Positions 1 through 12,243 of a stretch of DNA of 64,000 nt are shown here, piece by piece. Every line of letters begins with the position of its first letter. The first letter of the stretch is position 1. Origin of the DNA: Octopus vulgaris (lineage: Eukaryota); assembly GCA_951406725.2 (NCBI GenBank), contig OX597815.1:43958001-44022000 (forward strand), read 5' to 3'. The position numbers and the translations under genes are program-made. The notes beneath the pieces were generated by a model. That model had not been told where the DNA came from. It saw nothing but the letters and a program-made list of their open reading frames with translations, and made no database searches.

Positions 1-782
1 TGGTCAACTCGCATTATTCCGAGAATGATCTCATATTATAAATGTTTCTTTTATTTTCTTGCTTGTTTAATAATATATTTGTGTCTGTGAAACTCCCAAC
101 ATTCCGATGGTCTCGAAGTCATAAGCATTTAATAAGTCGTTATCGTTGTTTGTACATGACTTAACCGATAATAAGCTGCCACCCACCTTCTACCGAATTC
201 GAATATGGCCGGACTTTCAGTCACGGCTTCTCCTTACATGATTAAGCTATGTGTCTTGTTGCGACTGCACCTAAAAGAAAATGGACGCATTCACCCTAAT
301 TCTCGAGTATATAGATTAAACGCTACGCTGGACATAACACACCTATGTTAATTGACTTCTTACTTCTGTCGCATACAACCACACATCGACACTATTTTGT
401 CGTGTACAGCCGCACACGGAGACCACATTTACAATTAAACAATATGTGTGGAATTTTTATTGTATTTTGGTGTGTGTGGTTGTGTATGTGTATGTCTGTT
501 GTCCTCGCGGTCACTGACTCACATTTACGCACAAAACCACATCAGTTACGTATTGATGCATTAACATGAACTTATGGCTTACCCTTATAATATAGGCGTT
601 CAGGCACAAACAAACGTGAGCGTGTGCGCATGTTCACCTACTGTCGCGCACAAACTCACATATCAACATGTCCCCCACAGACATATACACAGTAGGTGAA
701 CATATACGTATATATATATAAATATATATATATATGAATAAATGAAAGAATGGAGTCGAACGAAGATGTTAACAAAATTCCT

Positions 783-2008
783 TTACTCTCGACATATGTT
801 TCGAAGACAATTGAGGGTAATGTCTAAGAAGTTGGCTTTAGTTAATTCATCGTCAAAAACGATGCGCAAGCCCATTCTACTAAAATAGCTAACTAATCCG
901 TTCTTAACCTTCTGTATTTTTTGGTTCGAAACGTTTTGGAGGTAAAGCAGACAATCGTCGCGATAAAGACCTCCACAGATGTCCGGGAATTGGTCGGCCA
1001 TTTCATAAAGAATATAAATTCCGACCAAATCGGCTATCTGGGCGCTGTCTGTACTTCCCATTAATACATCAAACGCATTAGGAGTATCTCTGCGGACCCA
1101 CAACTTGCTATCGAACTGGATGAAAGATTTCCTAGCAGTCAATATCACACTAATTTCCTCCCTGGAGAGGCCTGCCTTATTGTGTGCGTGCCATTGGGCC
1201 TTATTAAGTATAATAGGGTTGATTGAAGAATAGAAACTAGATATATCGAATTGGATAAATTTAGTGTTGGCCTTATTGGTAATAGAAGTAAACCAATCTA
1301 CGACTTGAACAGAATTGGACCATAAGCTAAGTTTTAATTTATTAATTAATATAGGGATATACTTATCTAATATGTATTTACTAAGGGTACCGATGTCTGA
1401 ACTGGAAGGGCATATGAGCCGCAATGCTGGGTTAGTATGTGGTCCTTTAAGATGAATCTGGGTTGCCTAGGGTTCAATGGTTCCGTCTTCATCTGTAATC
1501 CGTAAGTTTCCATAATCTGTTTAGTTTCTAAGTTGGCCTGCCAGAGAGTATTCCTACTGGTGGTCCTGTAATTCTTATGTATCTCCTTTTCGAGCAGTTC
1601 CAAATAATGGCTCTTGGTAAGCTTATAGATGTTGCCGGTTTTATCCGATTGGACCAAGATAGAATCCAAGTTGTTTATATCTCTAGAGACGTTATCGAGG
1701 TATCTGAGGTGCTTATTCCTGAGGGGTGATTTATGAAATCTAATATTCTTTACGATGTCCCAAAGATCATCTTCGAATTTCTTCAATCTAGAATTGGGTG
1801 GAGGAGTGCCCCTCGATTTAAATAGTGTTTTATATTCAAGGGAGACGTCGTTAGTGGTCCGTTTTAGGTCCTCATTGTCGTGGAAGAAGGCGAGCCATCT
1901 GATGCGGATGATAAATGCATTGGTCTTGTTAATAATTTCCTTAAGGAAGGCTTTTTTCGGTGGTATAGGGATATCCTTAAGGGAGGCGTTAATATTGAAC
2001 AACTCCAT
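783..2008 (-). mobile_element. Penelope-like retroelement (Naiad-type) ORF, N-terminus and RT; frameshifted near 1430 and truncated
   Basis: Two overlapping ORFs join into one protein: SLKDIPIP..IIRIRWLAFF..FEDDL..VQSDKTGNIY..ILKDH / NPALRLICPSSSDIG..FIQFDISSFYSSI..FDVLMGSTDSAQIADLVGIYIL..GGLYRDDCL..FLDITLN. DKT and GLYRDD are typical of Naiad-type PLEs. Flanked by (TA)n on both sides. Confidence 0.9.
791..809 (-). ncRNA. 3' half of a hammerhead ribozyme (GAAAC-AUAU-GUC) fused to the truncated RT
   Basis: Minus strand reads tgtcttc-GAAACATATGTC-gagag, with palindromic ACATATGT and a GUC triplet. No CUGANGA upstream because RT sequence is joined there. Confidence 0.6.
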
Positions 2009-2148
2009 TTGCGGTATCGGTTATGTTAGCAGGTTCTCACCCTTGGACAGGTCGCTTCAACCGTGTTTCTGACGTGAATTTGCTACCCAGGTTTCGGTTA
2101 AACGAATTTTCCATGCTCATGATAAACATAGGATAATTCATTCACCTA

Positions 2149-2235
<87 letters not shown>

Positions 2236-2322
2236 TGTATGTATGTATGTATGTATGTATGCATGTATGCATGTATGCATGTATGTATATAAATATTCAT
2301 ACACACACACGAACACACATAT

Positions 2323-2485
2323 AGGCGCAGGAGTGGTTGTGTGGTAAGTAGCTTGCTAACCAACCACATGGTTCCGGGTTCAGTCCCACTGCGCGGCATC
2401 CTGGGCAAGTGTCTTCTACTATAGCCCCGGGCCGACCAGTGCCTTGTGAGTGGATTTGGCAGACGGAAAATGAAAGAAGCCTGTC

Positions 2486-2551
<66 letters not shown>

Positions 2552-2765
2552 GTATGTGTGCGTGTGTCTGTATGTCAAGCATTGCTTGACAACCGATGCT
2601 GGTGTGTTTACGTCCCCGTCACTTAGCGGTTCGGCAAAAGAAACCGATAGAATAAGTACTGGGTTTACAAAGAATAAGTCCCGGGGTCGATTTGCTCGAC
2701 TAAAGGCGGTGCTCCAGCATGGCCGCAGTCAAATGACTGAAACAAGTAAAAGAGTAAAGAGAGAG
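2323..2765 (+). mobile_element. tRNA-type SINE family B (CORE-like) with an internal (TA)n/(TG)n tract
   Basis: Head aggcgcaggagtggttgtgtggtaag..ggttcagtcccactgc..ctgggcaagtgtcttc, then microsatellite, then tail gcttgacaaccg..gtgctccagcatggccgcagtc..gaaacaagtaaaaga. Recurs many times in the window. Confidence 0.85.
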
Positions 2766-2823
2766 TATATATGTATATATGTATATATAAACACACACGC
2801 ACTCACACACACACAGATATTTA

Positions 2824-2902
<79 letters not shown>

Positions 2903-3061
2903 GTATGTATTATGTACGTATATCTATCGATCAAACGAATAGTGATGGGTGTATGGCATTTTTCAATTAGTTACGATCGTTTCGATAACTGATGGAATTG
3001 TTCTATCAATCAACATGATACATTACATGTATAACAATATAAAAAAAAACGTTATACATAC

Positions 3062-3114
<53 letters not shown>

Positions 3115-3337
3115 GTACAGAGAGTAACAGAAAGGGAAAAGAGAGGAGAGACCCTCAGCACAGAGAGACAGAGATAATAAAATAGAAATACAGGAATACA
3201 TGAAGACACTGAGACGAACGTTTTATATTTATGTATATTTGGGTTTGCACGTGTTTATATGTTTATATGTATGTGTATTGCATTCGTGGTCACGAACGAG
3301 TTTAAGCCAGAAAATATTTATATAACAAGGGTGTATT

Positions 3338-3608
3338 GAAAGAAAGAAAGAAAGAAAAAAAAGAAAAAAAGAAAGAGAAGAAAGAAAGAGAAGAAAGAAA
3401 GAGAAGAAAGAAAAGAAAGAAAGAAAGAAAGAATGAAAGAAAGAAAGAAAGAAATGACGAAAGAAGAAGAAGAAGAAGAAAAGAGGAGGAGGAGAAGAAG
3501 AAGGAGGAGGAGGAGGAGAAGAAGGAGGAGGAGGAGGAGGAGGAGAAGAAGAAGAAGAAGAAGAAGAACAAGAACAAGAACAAGAACAAGAACAAGAACA
3601 AGAAGAAA
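3338..3608. repeat. Polypurine microsatellite mosaic (GAAA)n/(GAA)n/(GAG)n/(AAGAAC)n
   Basis: Directly visible. Confidence 0.95.
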
Positions 3609-3854
3609 CAATGCAAGTGTGAAGTGCCGAGAGAGAAAGGGGGAAAAATGATGAAAAAGGTAAAAATTATTGCTAAAAGAAGAAAAAAAAAAACTATGTG
3701 TGAGGTGACAGTTCTAAACAGACGAAAACTAATATGACTGAGTTTATGGAGCCAGCGATATATTTGCTGTCTTTTTATGATAACCGACACTGTTTTTCTA
3801 ACGACAATGAATATAAATACAATCTTTTAGACCTTGCCTTTAAAGTTATCGTTA

Positions 3855-3916
<62 letters not shown>

Positions 3917-4384
3917 GACCAGCAGTGGTCTTATTTTATTGCGTGCTTTCGCTGCACCAATGAGTGCAGCTCTGTGCGCCTAAAGTATTATTTTATTTCA
4001 TATTGCTGTTTTGTTTTCATTAACAGTATTCTACGTAATATTTGCTACCATGTCTTGTACTGCTATTTCCCGTTTGTTGTACGTAATTGCTTGGATCTGG
4101 TGTTTTTCCTTGTGTATTTATCTCCAAATTATTTAATCGTTCTTAAGGCACAATTTGATATGGAGAGTCTTCCTTTTTTCAACCTGTTATTATTCTGATC
4201 ATTTTAATATCATTATTTTTGGACAATTTCTTCATTTCTTTTCGGGATATGTAATCTTTTGTATTGATCCTTCGATTAGAAAACATTGCTTTTACTAGGA
4301 TCTCCAGATATCATCATCCGACTGTTTGGCCTTGATCTATCTATCTTTCTATGTTGATTGACTCATCCTAGGGCATGGTTGCTT

Positions 4385-4720
4385 CGTCATCATTATTGTT
4401 CGACCGTGGTCGAGACAATGGAATTTACCATGCTACGCTAGATTTCACGGTCCATCATAGCATTACGGAGGTCCTGTTGCTGGATGCCTGTATCCCTGGA
4501 GATTACATCAAGGTAGGAGAGTGTGCGCCCTCTGGTATCGCGAGTGGATGGCTTCCAGAGGAGAAGAGTAGAAATTGCCTCGTTTTCAGCTCTACAACAA
4601 TGTCCAGCAAACTGGACTCTCCTACCTTTCACAAGAGATGACACAGGTGGTAGTTTCACATATATTTGCATTTTGGTTGGATGACGCTTCCACGAGAGAT
4701 TTTGAGCTCTCATAAGGAGG
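4385..4720 (-). mobile_element. RTE/RTEX-like LINE 3' fragment
   Basis: ORF 4438-4713: NLSWKRHPTK..IY..LPPVS..RRVQFAGHCCR..LLLWKP..RGR..Y.DVISRDTG..LRNAMMDREI, a typical RTE-group C-terminus. Confidence 0.8.
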
Positions 4721-4947
4721 TGAGGCTTCGTACTATATATACCTGGTAGCTTACTTTTTCCGCCGCATTGCGTGTTCGTTTCTTTTTTGAATCTGTTATT
4801 TTATTGTTGATTTTCTATATAAATGAATCTATATCATTTAACTTGCTGCTTTTTTTTTACACGAACTGAGAAGATACATTACAGAACTATTATTTTAACG
4901 AGTTATATCTATTTATCACCCTAAACGAAATATTTACTCCGTTGGAT

Positions 4948-5050
4948 GCTCCTGAACCCCACTCGCGAGAGGGATCAATGTAAGAGGGGTCGAAACAATT
5001 GTAGCGATTAATAATGATTCTCGTATCTTCCAGCTTCCGTCTTTCATTAA

Positions 5051-5052
<2 letters not shown>
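4948..5052 (+). ncRNA. Decayed hammerhead-like motif with PLE pLTR-like tail
   Basis: gct-cCTGA-acccc...ggggt-c-GAAAC-AATT-GTA-gc; the CUGANGA box is incomplete. The tail atcttc..tctttcatt..catata resembles the tail at 735-790 (minus). Confidence 0.5.
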
Positions 5053-5139
<87 letters not shown>

Positions 5140-5151
5140 TATAAAAATATG

Positions 5152-5201
<50 letters not shown>

Positions 5202-5235
5202 TATAGGTGTATATATGTGTGTGTATATACACACA

Positions 5236-5435
5236 TACGAAGTGGGGCTGAAAAGTTCCTGGCTTTGGGTAAGAAGAAAATACAGGAGGATCAGTTATGA
5301 TTTTATTCAATTTATACACCTCTTAGATTCAGACTTATTGCAACGGTCCTTCAGTTTTTATAAGCCTTATAAAAGAACTGGGAAGATTCGCGACAGCCTC
5401 CAGCCAGGTCTTTCAGCGAGCACCTTAAGGCCAGG
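5236..5435 (-). mobile_element. Mariner-derived MITE, partial
   Basis: TIR tacgaagtggggctgaaaagttcctggc; same family as 7618, 60131 and 60446. Confidence 0.75.
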
Positions 5436-5656
5436 ATATATATATATATATATCTATATATATATATATATATGCATGCATATATGGTGTGTATGTATGT
5501 ATATTCAAATCTGAACCTTTATTTGAAACTGAGTCTGCACGAGTCAATCCTCAGTAGATCTCGTTCCCGATCTGCAGGCCTTTGATAAATGGAATCAGAA
5601 ATTCCGAGTAGCGAGTCACATATAATATGCTATATTTCATTTTACATAAGAGTATT

Positions 5657-6070
5657 TATTTCTTTATTGTCCACAAGGAGCTAAACATAGAGGGGACAAA
5701 TAAGGACAGACAAACGGATTAAGTCGATTACATCGATCTGCGTGCGTAACTGGTACTTATTTAATCGACCTCGAAATTATGAAAGGCAAAGTCGACCTCG
5801 GCGGAATTTGAACTCAGAACGTAGCGGCAGACGAAATACCTATTTCTTTACAACCCACAAGGGGTTAAACATAGTGAGGACAAACAAGGACAGACAAACG
5901 GATTAAGTCAATTATATCGACCCCTGTGCATAACTGGTACTTATTTAATCGACCCCGAAAAGATGAAAGGCAAAGTAACTTCGGCGGAATTTGAACTCAG
6001 GACGTAAAGACAGACGAAATGCCGCTAAGCATTTCGCCCGGCGTGCAAACGTTTCTGCCAGCTCGTCGCC
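5657..6070 (-). mobile_element. SINE family A dimer (Nin/Deu-like central domain) with a 15-bp TSD
   Basis: Full copy plus a 5'-truncated copy. TTACATAAGAGTATT occurs at 5642-5656 and 6071-6085. Central domain gtcgactttgcctttcatcc..gtcgat..aagtaccag. Confidence 0.9.
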
Positions 6071-6168
6071 TTACATAAGAGTATTGAGTGCTTTTTCGGT
6101 TCATTGCAATTCCCACTCGCGTAAAACCCATTAGTACACTGCCTAATTCTCAGTATATGAGTGTGCAG

Positions 6169-6203
<35 letters not shown>

Positions 6204-6574
6204 TGTATGTATGTATACGCTTTAATGCCTGCATATACGGTTAATGCACATGTCGGCAGAGCATTCTAATATCTTGGTGGGGATATATTTGATAGCAGGA
6301 AACACAAGCACACTAAACTAGTAATTACATTTAGAATTCATTAAATATTTAATATTCAGCGAAAGTAATTACATATATTCAAATACCCTCAGCCTTCCCT
6401 GCTCGTTCGTTTAGGTACAAGAATACTTTGAAACACTTGTGTGCATGTATATGCTCATAAAGGGAAAACAAAAAGACGCATACACACTTGTGCACACGCA
6501 CACAATCACTTATATAACCCTTTACATACAGAGAGAGTGAGAGAGAGAGAGAGAGAGAGAGCGACACACAACAC

Positions 6575-6990
6575 AGAGGCTTTAAATTTTGGTACAAGGC
6601 CAGTAATTTCGAGAATGGTGGTAAGTCGTTTGCATCGACCCTAGTTTTCAACTGGTACTTATTTTATCGAAGGAATGAAAAGCAAAGTCGACCTCGACGG
6701 TATTTGAACTCATAACGTGAAGACGGGCGAAATGCCGCCAAGTATTTTGCCCGGGCGTGCTAACGATTCTGCCAGCTCACCGCCTTACACGAACACATGT
6801 ATTTGTTTCGAATTTCGGTACGAAGCCAGCAATTTCGAGGGAAGGGGAAGATCAATTAAGGCGACCCTGTGTTTAACTGATGTTTATTTTATCGACCCTG
6901 AAAGGATGAAAAGCAAAATGAACCTCAGCGAATTTGAACTTAGAAAGTAAGGACGGACGAAATGCCACTAAGAATTTTGCTCGGGTGTGT
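6575..6990 (-). mobile_element. Two tandem SINE family A copies
   Basis: Repeated gaaaagcaaa..atttgaactc..gaaatgcc motifs. Confidence 0.8.
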
Positions 6991-7097
6991 GAATACTTTT
7001 GCTTTACACGTACACAGATATATTGATAAATATCAACGGTTCGTTGTCAGCTAGCAGTAGAATTTATACTAAACTATTCTAAAGACTATTTTTATAG

Positions 7098-7452
7098 CTT
7101 GTTCATCCATCTTATCCATCTTTTCCACCGATTATTCCCGAGAGGGTCGTGGGAGTTGTGTCGTCAGGCACCTCTTCCATAAAGTCCTATCAGAAGCAAC
7201 CGTCATTACACTTTCCAGCTGGATTCCCAAGGGTGACCAGCCAAGACTCGTTCTTGGCCTAACCCTGGATAGATCCTGCGACATTCAAATCACACGCTTG
7301 TTCTACCAGAGTGGCGACCTTTCAATGCGGAGATGTTGCAGCTTGACCTGGAGAGACGTCCTAATCTCCGAGCTACTCATCATGTCGAATAACGTTCTTC
7401 CAGCGATCCTTTGGAGCCCATTCCTCACCCTGCCATTTCGACTGCTTGTATT
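7098..7452 (-). mobile_element. RTE (Expander/Rex3-like) LINE 3' end
   Basis: IQAVEM..LQRIAGRTLFD..SSEIRTSLQV..LRIERS..RPRT..LGI..VASDRTLW..LPRPSRE*, followed by a gatggataagatggatg tail. Confidence 0.8.
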
Positions 7453-7617
7453 AGTTGCTGATTTTAAACGATTTTTAAATGGGTTTTTAGATTTAAAACT
7501 TTGCATCTTAAAACAACAAATAATTTAATTTTTTTAAAGAAAAGATCTGGCAATCTTGTAAGAAAGATGAAAGAAGTAACCCACGTGTATGAGCTGCTGC
7601 TACGTTTCTAAGGAACA

Positions 7618-7944
7618 TACGAGAAGGCGCTTAAAAGTTCCTGACTTTAAGGGTATCTCGAAAGGCCCGGTTGGATGCCCAATCTTCCGAGTTCTTTTAC
7701 AGGGCTCAGAAAAACTGAGGGACCGCTGCAATAAGTGTGTGAATTGGAGAAGGGGATATGTTGGATAAAATCATAATCCTCATGTATGTTCTTGTATGTT
7801 CTTTGTAAGCCTAATACTTATTCTATCGTTCTTTTTGCCCAACTGCTATGTTACAGGGGCATAAACACACCAACATCAGTTGTGAAGCGATGGTCCTGTA
7901 TATTTTTTACCCAAAGCCAGGAACTTTTCAGCGCCCTCTTGTAC
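7618..7944 (+). mobile_element. Mariner-derived MITE containing a SINE B fragment
   Basis: TIRs tacgagaaggcgcttaaaagttcctg / caggaacttttcagcgccctcttgta. Internal residue EKL.DR.NKCV..GYV resembles a mariner C-terminus. Confidence 0.75.
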
Positions 7945-8124
7945 TGCATATTCTGAAGGTTAGTGCCGATCGTATAGAGTATATTGAGGCAGACAGGTCA
8001 TGTAATACATGTAATACACTGTATACCGTCCACTTTATTTATGTACCTCATTCTGCTCCATGCGCATGATCAGAATCATCCGAAGTGCAAACCAGCATAG
8101 TTTTTATGGCTGCGAAAGCTATTG

Positions 8125-8188
<64 letters not shown>

Positions 8189-8269
8189 TGCGAATACGAG
8201 AGATCGTGCTTTAGGGTGTTCATATAATAGTCTTTGGAAGTGGTCTTCATGTTTTTATCATGTCATAAA

Positions 8270-8580
8270 AGGCGTGGCTGTGTAGTAAGAAATTTGCTTC
8301 CTAACCACACGGTTCCGGGTTCAGTCCCACTCCATGGCACCTTGGGCAATTGTCTTCTACTATAGCCTCGGGCCGACCAAAGCCTTGTGAGTGGATTTGG
8401 TAGACGGAAACTGAAAGAAGTCCGTCGCATGTGTATGTGTGTGTTTGTTTGTTTGTTTGTTCCCAACTATCGCTTGACAACCGGTGTTGGTGTGTTTACG
8501 TCCTCGTAACTTTGCGATTCGGCAAAAGAGACTGATGGAATACACACCAGGTTAAAAAAAAATGAAATAAGTCCTGGAGC
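8270..8580 (+). mobile_element. SINE family B
   Basis: Homologous to 2323-2765. Confidence 0.85.
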
Positions 8581-9050
8581 CATCATGTCGAATAACGTTC
8601 TTCCAGCGATCCTTTGGAGCCCATTCCTCACCCTGCCATTTCGACTGCTTGTATTAGTTGCTGATTTTAAACGATTTTTAAATGGGTTTTTAGATTTAAA
8701 ACTTTGTATCTTAAAACAACAAATAATTTAATTTTTTTAAAGAAAAGATCTGGCAATCTTGTAAGAAAGATGAAAGAAGTAACCCACGTGTTATGAGCTG
8801 CTGCTACGTTTCTAAGGAACATACGAGAAGGCGCTTAAAAGTTCATGACTTTAAGGGTATCTCGAAAGGCCCGGTTGGATGCCCAATCTTCCGAGTTCTT
8901 TTACAGGGCTCAGAAAAAACTGTAAGGGACCGCTGCAATAAGTGTGTGAATTGGAGAAGGGGATATGTTGGATAAAATCATAATTGAAATGTATGTTCTT
9001 GTATGTTCTTTGTAAGCCTAATACTTATTCTATCGTTCCTTTTTGCCCAA
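8581..9050 (+). repeat. Near-identical direct duplication of 7378-7842
   Basis: catcatgtcgaataacgttcttccagc...ttttgcccaa is present twice. Confidence 0.95.
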
Positions 9051-10615
9051 AAATGTCAAGTTGTCAAGTCCTACTTGATTATTGTGTTTATTAACGCAGA
9101 GTCAGTAACCTTTCAGCGAATAAATGCGAAGATATTTGAACTAGCTTAATAGTTATATTGATTATGTATGAGGAGGAAATGTCGGAGACTAGTTTATATT
9201 GCAAATTAAGACTAGTTTATCATCGCGCCAATACGCTTTTGTCTTCTCTTCTATGTATGAACATTCTGATAAATGTAAATATAGACGTATTCATTAACAT
9301 CCGAATATCTATATTTATGGGTGTACAACTTCCAAAATGTGTCCTAGTTGAAAATTCTGTTCATCAGTTCAGCTACTGTATTTGCCTGTGCATAAGACGC
9401 ATATTGACATAAGAACAAAAGTATATTTTGTGGGGGGAAAAGACTAAAACAGTTTTAATATATTTCATCATGCATTCATGCACTCGGTATCCAATCCATA
9501 ATACAGTTAAATTTAACGAATGGCAACTTTTTTGTTACATTTAAGAATTAAAATAAAAATAAAAAACGCATCTTGCATACCGAGATCTATCGTATACTGG
9601 AAATGTTTTTTTTCCATTTTTTTCCTCACTGTTTCTAAGTGGGGCACCTAATTCTACATGCTTCAATTCTTTCTTTATTACGCACACACACACACACACA
9701 CACATACACGCGCGCACACTTATTCATATTTAAAAAAAAATATTCTCTTGGAGCCAATTTATTCGAGTAAAAATTCTTCGCGATGGTGCCCCAGCATGGC
9801 TGCAGTCTCACGACCGAAATGGGAAAGCTCGATGATATTTAAGACTCATTGAATTCAAATTACTCCAAGGTCGTCTTTACCTTTCATATTTTAGGGGTCG
9901 ATAAAATAAATACCAGTTGAACACTGGGATCGATGTAATATATTCCCTCACCCGAAATTGCTGGCCTTGAGCCAAAAATTGAAACCAATATTTAATACTC
10001 ATTGATGAATATTTTGATACAACATTTGACTCGACCACATTAGTCTTATCATATTAGGTAACATTTTATGAGATGCCTTTTTCTCTTTGATAAACTAATA
10101 AACTCATTAAATACGGAAACCAGTTACAGAGTCGAAATACGAAGAATCAAATTGCATTTGAACCAATAATATCTTTTCTACTACAGGCACAAGACCTGGA
10201 ATTTTGAGGGAGGGGACTAGTTGATTATATCGACCTCAGTGCTTGACTGGTGCTCATTTCATCGACTCCGAAAGGAAGAGAGGTGAAGTCAAAGTCAACG
10301 GAAATTGACCTCAGAACTTAAAGACGAACGAAATGCCGCAAAAGATTTTTGTTCGGCAAGTTAAAATGGCAGTACGCTGCCTTTATTGGAATCAAGAATA
10401 TAGCTGACTAAAGTTAATATAAAGAAGCAAAAATTATAATTTCAAACTTTGCCGAGGCCGACTTTACCTTTATTACCTTCGCGGTCGATAAAATAAGTAC
10501 GAGTTGGGCACTGAGTGGATTTTACAGATGGAAACCGAAAAAACCTACTCCTGTGTGTGTGTGTGTGTATATGTATGTATATATATATATTCACATATAT
10601 ATATATACATATATT

Positions 10616-10693
<78 letters not shown>

Positions 10694-11324
10694 CATATAT
10701 CCACTCCTTCACCTGCACCTCCAGCAATATTATCTATTGCATCTCTTGCTCTCTCTGCAATTCCTTGTACATCGGACAAACGGGACGCCGCTTGGCTGAC
10801 CGGTTCGCGGAACACCTTCGTAACATCCACCTTGCGAACGACACACCGGTCTCACGCCATTTCCGCTCCACCGGTCACTCCTTGCAACACCTATCTGTGT
10901 TCGGTTTGTCCTTACACAGAGGCCATCCGGATTCCCGTTTGCGCCGTGAACAGGAATTAATCTTCTCTCTTCGCTCTTATACGCCATTTGGTCTCAACTC
11001 TCCCCCCCTCCTCATCTAACCCCCCTCTCCCCCCTCCTCACCTATCCTTTCCCCCCGACCCCTACTTCTTCAGTCCATCCTTTCACCCCTACTCCCCTTC
11101 CCTTCTTCCCTCTTTCTCCCTCCCTCTTCCCTATCCCTCTGCTCCCTCACTCCCTCTCTCCCCTTCTCTCTCCCCCTCTCCCTCTTTCCTCCTTCATCCC
11201 CTCCTCCCCATCCTCTCCTCTTCCCCCCTCTTTTTCCCCTCCCCTTCTCTCCCCCTCTTCCCCCCTCCCCCTCTTCTCCTCACTACACCACATGACTTTA
11301 CACATCACATCACATATGATGTGC

Positions 11325-11655
11325 CATACTAGTACACACACCAACTAATACATACTAATACGTACTAATACATACTAGTACATACTAATACATACACCAA
11401 CACTATACATACACACGTCCAGACCCCGCATACGCACTTATACTCTCTCATACACACACACACACACTTATACATACCAATACGTACTAATACATACTAA
11501 TACATACTAATACATACACCAACCCCATACATACGCACGTCCAGACCAATCCTACGCACTAATACTCTCCATACACACACACACGCACCCTTATACATAC
11601 TAATACATACACCAACCCTATACATACACACATCCAGACCCCTCCTACGCACTAT
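11325..11655. repeat. Imperfect ~95-120-bp tandem repeat (3 units) with internal CATACTAATA subrepeats
   Basis: ccagacc..tacgcact recurs near 11419, 11541 and 11634. Confidence 0.8.
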
Positions 11656-11826
11656 TAGCTGGTCCCTCAAACCCTTTTATCAACCCTATTATCTCCCCTT
11701 ATTTCGCTCTCGCGTCTCATGTTTGATCTTTGACCTCTGGCCGAAATCAGATCGCCATGTTGATTCGTTAGCTACTGCACGCATTTTTTTTCTCTCTTTC
11801 TTTCTGTGTTTTTCTCTCTCTGTGTA

Positions 11827-11864
11827 TCTTTCTGTTGAAGAGCGTAGGCTCGAAACGTTAAAGA
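11827..11864 (+). ncRNA. Minimal type I hammerhead ribozyme (CUGUUGA variant)
   Basis: UCUUU-CUGUUGA-A-GAGC(GUAG)GCUC-GAAA-CG-UU-AAAGA: helix I 5 bp, helix II 4 bp, palindromic ACGU. Confidence 0.75.
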
Positions 11865-11961
11865 CTTGTTTTATTTATATTTCCTGAGCGCCATACTAAT
11901 ACAATTGTTCGTTTGTTTTCCACCTGCCTTCGTCTTTTGTTTATTTTCATAAAGCTTCCCG

Positions 11962-12074
<113 letters not shown>

Positions 12075-12079
12075 ATGAG

Positions 12080-12243
12080 TTTGTCTTTGTCCTTGGGTTT
12101 TTCCCAACACCACCGCTTGAGAACCGGGGTTTGCTTGCGTTCCCGTAACTTAGCAATTCGGCAATAAAAGTACTAAGTCGATTTGTTCAACTCAAACCTA
12201 AACTGGCTGCAGTTTAGTAAGTGAAACAAGTTAAAAGATAAAA
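12080..12243 (+). mobile_element. SINE family B tail (its head remnant is at 10514-10550)
   Basis: caccgcttgagaaccgg..cccgtaacttagc..gaaacaagttaaaaga. Confidence 0.75.

Noticed and set aside
2083-2098. Minus-strand GAAAC-CUGG-GUA upstream of the Naiad ORF as another HHR half
   Set aside because: No CUGANGA or helix II found upstream; could be chance.
3336-3737. K/E/R-rich 133-aa ORF
   Set aside because: Polypurine microsatellite mosaic with no domain or splice evidence.
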